Assembly: GCA_026770705.1 (NCBI GenBank)
Contig: JANJGN010000009.1
Location: 16,430,001 to 16,494,000, forward strand
From: Isurus oxyrinchus
Taxonomy: Eukaryota
Length of the DNA stretch: 64,000 nucleotides
Direction of reading: 5' to 3'
Shown piece after piece: positions 60,290 through 64,000 of the stretch. Each line of letters starts with the position of its first letter. Within the stretch, counting starts at the first letter, position 1. The position numbers were made by a program, and so were the translations under genes. The notes beneath the pieces were generated by a model. The model saw only the letters and a list, made by a program, of their open reading frames with translations. It was not told where the DNA came from and did no database searches.

Positions 60290-62797
60290 ACTGTCACACC
60301 ATCCGAAGTGTTTGTCAAGATTCAAATTATCTTGCTAAGAAAGTTATCAACTATTTGTTATTGGCCAAGATTGACACAGGGGCAAGTGCCAACATAATAC
60401 TTCTGTGAATTCTAAAAGACATGTACCCATAGGTATGGAAGACCATAGCAAAACACACTACTGCACTACTTTCAGCATACTCTGGTTCACTAATTCCATG
60501 TCTCTCTTGCAAGTCTTCCCATCCTATCTATTCCCTTGTGTGAGTAGTGAAGTTGTTGAAGAATATCAGGTCGCAAAAACTCCAGCATGATGACCTGCCT
60601 GCCTTTAAAAATTATTCCCTGAAACATGCCTGGCTCATTGTGATGAGGCCAAAATTGTTTTATGTGTTTGTGGACATGCTGAATTGAATCAGGCCATCTG
60701 TTAATGATGGTTTTCCACAGTTTCTGTAGTGTGGAATCTTGCACCATTTCTCTTTGTAGCTGCTGGCATTTATGTGGCACAAGATGTGCCAGATCAATGG
60801 ATGAACTTGCATTCTCCTGCAAGTGTAACATTGCAGCTGCCTTAAAACTGCCAATTTTGTCAAAATACTCTGAATATTCAATGTTAGGTCCTGAAATGAG
60901 GTGTGAGGGGCATTTTCTGAGGTTGATTTACCTTGTGATGTCTGACTAATTCCATAGAATGTCACTGGTGCAAGGTCACAGTATGACAGTAGACCTATAA
61001 TCGCTGGATGTTTAGTCTTCATGATGTAGAAAATTTGTGACACTCAGGAGGATGGATTGTACTTGCATTCCAGGACTATGAATCCTGCACATGGAATTGG
61101 TGAACCAGAGTATGCTGAAAGTAGTGCAGTAGTTTGTTTTGCTATGGTCTTCCATACCTATGGGTACATGTCTTTTAAAATTCACAGAAGTATTATGTTG
61201 GCACTTGCCCCTGTGTCAATCTTGGCCAATAACGAATAGTTGACAACTTTCTTAGCATAGATAATTTGAATCTTGACAAACACTTCAGACGGTGTGACAG
61301 TATCAATGATTTCCATGATTGACGGTGTGAAACCTGTATTCACAGATCTTCGTCTTGTTGTGCACATCAGCATCATTTTCTGGTTTGTCAATCACCTCAC
61401 GTATATGTTCCTGACAGGATGCCGGATGGTACTCATTGTGTACCATCAGTGCACAGTTCTTTGTAGCTGCAGCAGCCTTTGCTCTAGTACACTGCTGCTG
61501 CTACTGGCTTTTTTCTGCCACATGCTTTGCAGAATTGCTGGAAAGCTGAGCATTTCCTTGGTGTATGCAGAAGGCCACATCCTCCACATGTCTTGCTAGG
61601 TTTGGGTGATCTAATGAATACAACAAGTGGTGTGATACCTAGGACCTGAAAGCTTTGTCGACATGCAAGGATCGCCTCATACTTGCACCCATTCATGAGT
61701 AGCTTTTTGATGCTATACATGTTGGGTTTGTCTAGCAGATCTTGCTGGAATGCTTCCATGGGAGTGGATACGATCACAAACTCAACAATTCTGTCTGCTA
61801 GCTCTGTGTCTGAAAAATCACAGTACCTACCCTTTTCTCTGCATCTTCTGATGAAGTGGTCTAAGGATTCTGTGGGCTGTTGGCACAATTACATGAACTC
61901 TAGTCGATGAATACGAAAGTTTGACCCGATTCTGAGCCAGTATTCCAATGTGGTCCATATCATTTGGGGATCCTTTAACTCTTCTGCTCAGCCTTCATAG
62001 ACCTTCATTTCCAAAAGCTAGGTGAGTTTTTACGGCTTGTCTGTCTGGTTCAGACACACCTGGATCAAGAAACCATGGCTCTGTACACTGTTTAACTATT
62101 TTGAAATCAGATAGTTGGTCAGCTGCATCTCAATTCAAACTGGAGAATTTTGTGGACATTTTGACAATATCCCTTTGACTTTCCTTCTCCTACAGTACCT
62201 GGAATGAATGTCGTTGTAGCCACTTTTGCACTTTCCCAAAGCTCTGCCTGTTGTAATAGCATCCTTCTCTGGCTGATTTTTGATATTTTTTGGGGTTTTT
62301 TTGTTGTGTTGGAATTTCCCTCGCTCGCTATCGATCCTGATCACTTTGCCTTTCCCGACTGAGCTAACCCGATGCTGGTCCTCTCGATGCACTGTCCCAC
62401 TCACTGAGCTGACAGGCCACATGCTGCAATCTCATCACAAGGGACCTGTCTGGCTTTTTACTTGGCTCTGAAATTGAGCACTGTCCTGGCATCATGTCTA
62501 CAAAGCTTTTCTGTGCACTCACCACACTATGGTTTTGATACTCTCTGACGCTGTGACTCCATTGCAATCTGACCATGTAGCACAAACTAAGGCTGTTCAC
62601 CATGTCATACCTGTATTTAATCTTGCTGCCACACTATTTGACCATTGCTGAACACCACATCACAATGATATAAATGCACCAATCACTCATAAGGAGTTTT
62701 GTAAACAGGCCAAAGTGAAACTGAGACTGGATCATATGACACACTTCCCCCCACAGTGATAGTATGCTGCTTTATCCCTTAAAGGCAAATTACGATA
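60290..62797 (-). mobile_element. Deleted Ty3/Gypsy element: 5' LTR (~62603-62797), PBS-like TGG, gag, protease, integrase N-terminus
   Basis: Gag QQPTESLDHFIRRCR..CDF and CGGCG..H..C...CKACGRK. Protease KIDTGASANII. IIFKGRQVI..LRPDILQQLHYSH.GI...RLARE. ...GACA|TGG junction at 62603/62602. Confidence 0.8.
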
Positions 62798-64000
62798 ACC
62801 ACCTAGAAAGACCGGGGCAGCAGATGCATAGGAACACCAGCACCTGCAAGTCCCCTTCCAAACCATGCACCATCCTGACTTGGAACCATATCACCATTCT
62901 GTCTCTGTCATTGGATCAAAATCCTGGAATTCACTCCCTGACAACACTGTGGTGTAGAAACACCACCAGGTGCAGAATATACTCTGGGTGGGGGACTTCA
63001 ATGTTCATCACCAAGAGTGCCTCAGTAGCACCACTACTGATCGAGCTGGCCAAGTCCTAAAGGACATAGCTGCTAGACTGGGTCTGCAGCAGGTGATGAG
63101 GGAACCAACAAGGGGAAAAAACATACTTGACCTCATCCTCACCAACCTGCCTGCCGCGGATGCATCTGTCCATGACAGTATCGGTAAGAGTAACCACCGC
63201 GCAGTCGTTGTGAAGATCAAGTCCCACCTTCACATTGAGGATACCCTCCATCGTGTTGTGTAGCACTATCACTATACTAAATGGAATAGATTTCAAACAA
63301 TCTATCAACTCAAGACTGGGCATCCATGAGGCGATGTGGACCATCAGCAGCAGCAGAATTGTACTTGAATACAATCTGTAACCTCATAGCCCGGTATATC
63401 CCCCACCCTACCATTACCATTAAACCAGGGAATCAACCCTGGTTCAATGAAGAGTGCAGGAGGACATGCTATGAGCCGCACCAGGCATACCTAAAAGTGG
63501 GGTGTCAACCTGGTGAAGCTATAACACAGGACTACTTGCATGCCAAAAAGCAAAAGCAGCAAGTGATAGACAGAGCTAAGTGATCCCACAACCAACATTT
63601 CAGATCTAAGCCCTGTCGCATCCAGTCGTGAATGATGGTGGCCAATTAAACAACTCACTGGAGGAGGAAGAGGCTCCGCAAACATCCCCTCCTCAATGGT
63701 GGGGGAGCCTAGCACATCGGCGCAAAAAAAAGGCTGAAGCATTTGCTACAATCTTCAGCCAGAAGAGCCAAGTGGATGATCCATCTCAGCCACCTCTGGA
63801 GGTCCCCAGCTTCACAGGTGCCAGTCTTCAGTCTTCAGCCAATTCGATTCACTCCATGTGATATCAAGAAACAGCTGAAGGCACTGGATCCTGCAAAGGC
63901 AATGGACCCTGACAATATTCTCGCATTAAAGACTTGTGCTCCAGAACTTTCCACGCCCCGAGCCAAGCTGTTCCAGTACAGCTATTGGCATCTACCCGGC
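62798..64000 (+). mobile_element. Non-LTR retrotransposon: 3'-end piece (62798-62958) joined to an APE/linker region running off the window
   Basis: WVGDFNVHH, QQVMREPTRGKNILDLILTN, IGKSNH, PWFNEEC, KAMDPDNI. Confidence 0.85.

Noticed and set aside
1-64000. CRISPR array, rRNA or prokaryotic operon
   Set aside because: No regularly spaced repeat-spacer array and no rRNA motifs. The content is vertebrate repeat DNA.

Overview
This is repeat-dense vertebrate genomic DNA, most likely from a cartilaginous fish (shark). That call is inferred from the mix of Deu-domain SINE, CR1, L2, RTE and Harbinger repeats. I found no convincing host exon, and nearly all ORFs in the track are transposon remnants or noise. 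The one long open frame (8239-10347) belongs to a 5'-truncated Penelope-like (Neptune-type) retroelement: RT, Zn-finger and GIY-YIG domains, a 13-bp TSD and a minimal hammerhead ribozyme (HHR) motif at its 3' end. The same ~110-130 nt HHR-bearing end module occurs at six more loci. Five of them are 115-260 bp fold-back mini-elements, four with their own 14-15 bp TSDs. This autonomous/non-autonomous ribozyme-retroelement set is the best candidate for an under-described system. Other content: a complete 4.5-kb Harbinger transposon (TIRs, AAT TSD); a second Harbinger with an internal inversion, hosting the Penelope and a near-full-length CR1 that itself holds a MITE; a family of CpG-rich Harbinger MITEs; three decayed Gypsy elements, one with a ~210-bp inverted duplication; and RTE, L2, CR1 and SINE fragments. 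All alignments were done by eye, so boundaries without a TSD are approximate.
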